Source: Felis catus
Lineage: Eukaryota
Assembly (NCBI RefSeq): GCF_018350175.1
Contig: NC_058368.1
Location: 167,526,001-167,590,000 of the forward strand
DNA length: 64,000 nt
Direction: 5' to 3'
Shown here: one piece after another, positions 63,640-64,000 of the stretch
How the letters are laid out: each line of letters opens with the position of its first letter
Position numbering within the stretch: the stretch's first letter is position 1
Notes under the pieces: generated by a model
Database searches by the model: none
Seen by the model: only the letters and a program-made list of their open reading frames with translations
What the model was told of the DNA's origin: nothing
Translations under genes and position numbers: made by a program

Positions 63640-63830
63640 TTAGAGAATGTGTTTTGGAACTGGAAAGACTGAATATATCTGCTTGGCTGCACCCCTGCAT
63701 GACCCTGAGGGAGTTACTTCCCAATCTGTTTTCTTATCTGTCAAACAGGAATAATACCTAATGCATTGGTTGGTAATGAGGGTTAAATGAGAATTACTAA
63801 AAACACTATAACTATCATCATCATTATTAA
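63640..63830 (+). mobile_element. MIR
   Basis: agagaatgtgttttggaactggaaagactg...catgaccctgagggagttacttc...ctgttttcttatctgtcaaacaggaataataccta...tgagggttaaatgaga. Confidence 0.75.
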
Positions 63831-63854
63831 AATGGGGATAAGAAAGAGGAAAGA

Positions 63855-64000
63855 GGGATGCCTGGGTGGCTCAGTCGGTTAAGTGTCTGACTTCAGCTCA
63901 GGTCATGATTTCACAGTTTGTGGGTTTGAGTCCTGCATCGGGCTTTATGCTGACAGCTAAGAGCCTGGAGCCTGCTTCAGATTCTGTGTCTCCTCCTCTC
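63855..64000 (+). mobile_element. Felid Can-SINE, cut off by the window end
   Basis: gggatgcctgggtggctcagtcggttaagtgtctgacttcagctcaggtcatgat...gagcctggagcctgcttcagattctgtgtctc. Confidence 0.95.

Noticed and set aside
1..64000. CRISPR arrays, tRNA/rRNA genes, intact transposase/RT/ERV genes, processed pseudogenes
   Set aside because: No repeat-spacer array was seen. tRNA-like A/B boxes occur only in SINE heads. No ORF resembles a protein family I recognise.

Overview
Non-coding mammalian genomic DNA from a carnivore, almost certainly a felid: the tRNA-derived Can-SINEs have the feline SINEC_Fc-type head and body. I can support no protein-coding gene, RNA gene or CRISPR array. The long ORFs in the track come from microsatellites, a G-rich repeat, SINEs or chance. 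The window holds 11 Can-SINEs (several with target-site duplications), two L1 3' fragments, many old MIR/L2 relics, three hAT DNA-transposon fossils, a probable MaLR LTR and several simple repeats. Repeat orientation and poly(A)/poly(T) skew suggest a long intron of an unidentified minus-strand gene. Worth a second look: (1) a candidate 76-nt minus-strand exon beside a (UG)23/(AC)20 self-complementary microsatellite; (2) candidate minus-strand exons just downstream of an orphan CpG-rich patch near 50 kb; (3) a divergent CTCF motif pair; (4) several TE-free motif clusters resembling enhancers; (5) an L1-in-L2 insertion with a later 82-bp duplication of its 3' junction. Repeat subfamily names are from memory of consensus sequences, not from a search. 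I see no evidence for a novel biological system; all regulatory and splicing findings are hypotheses.
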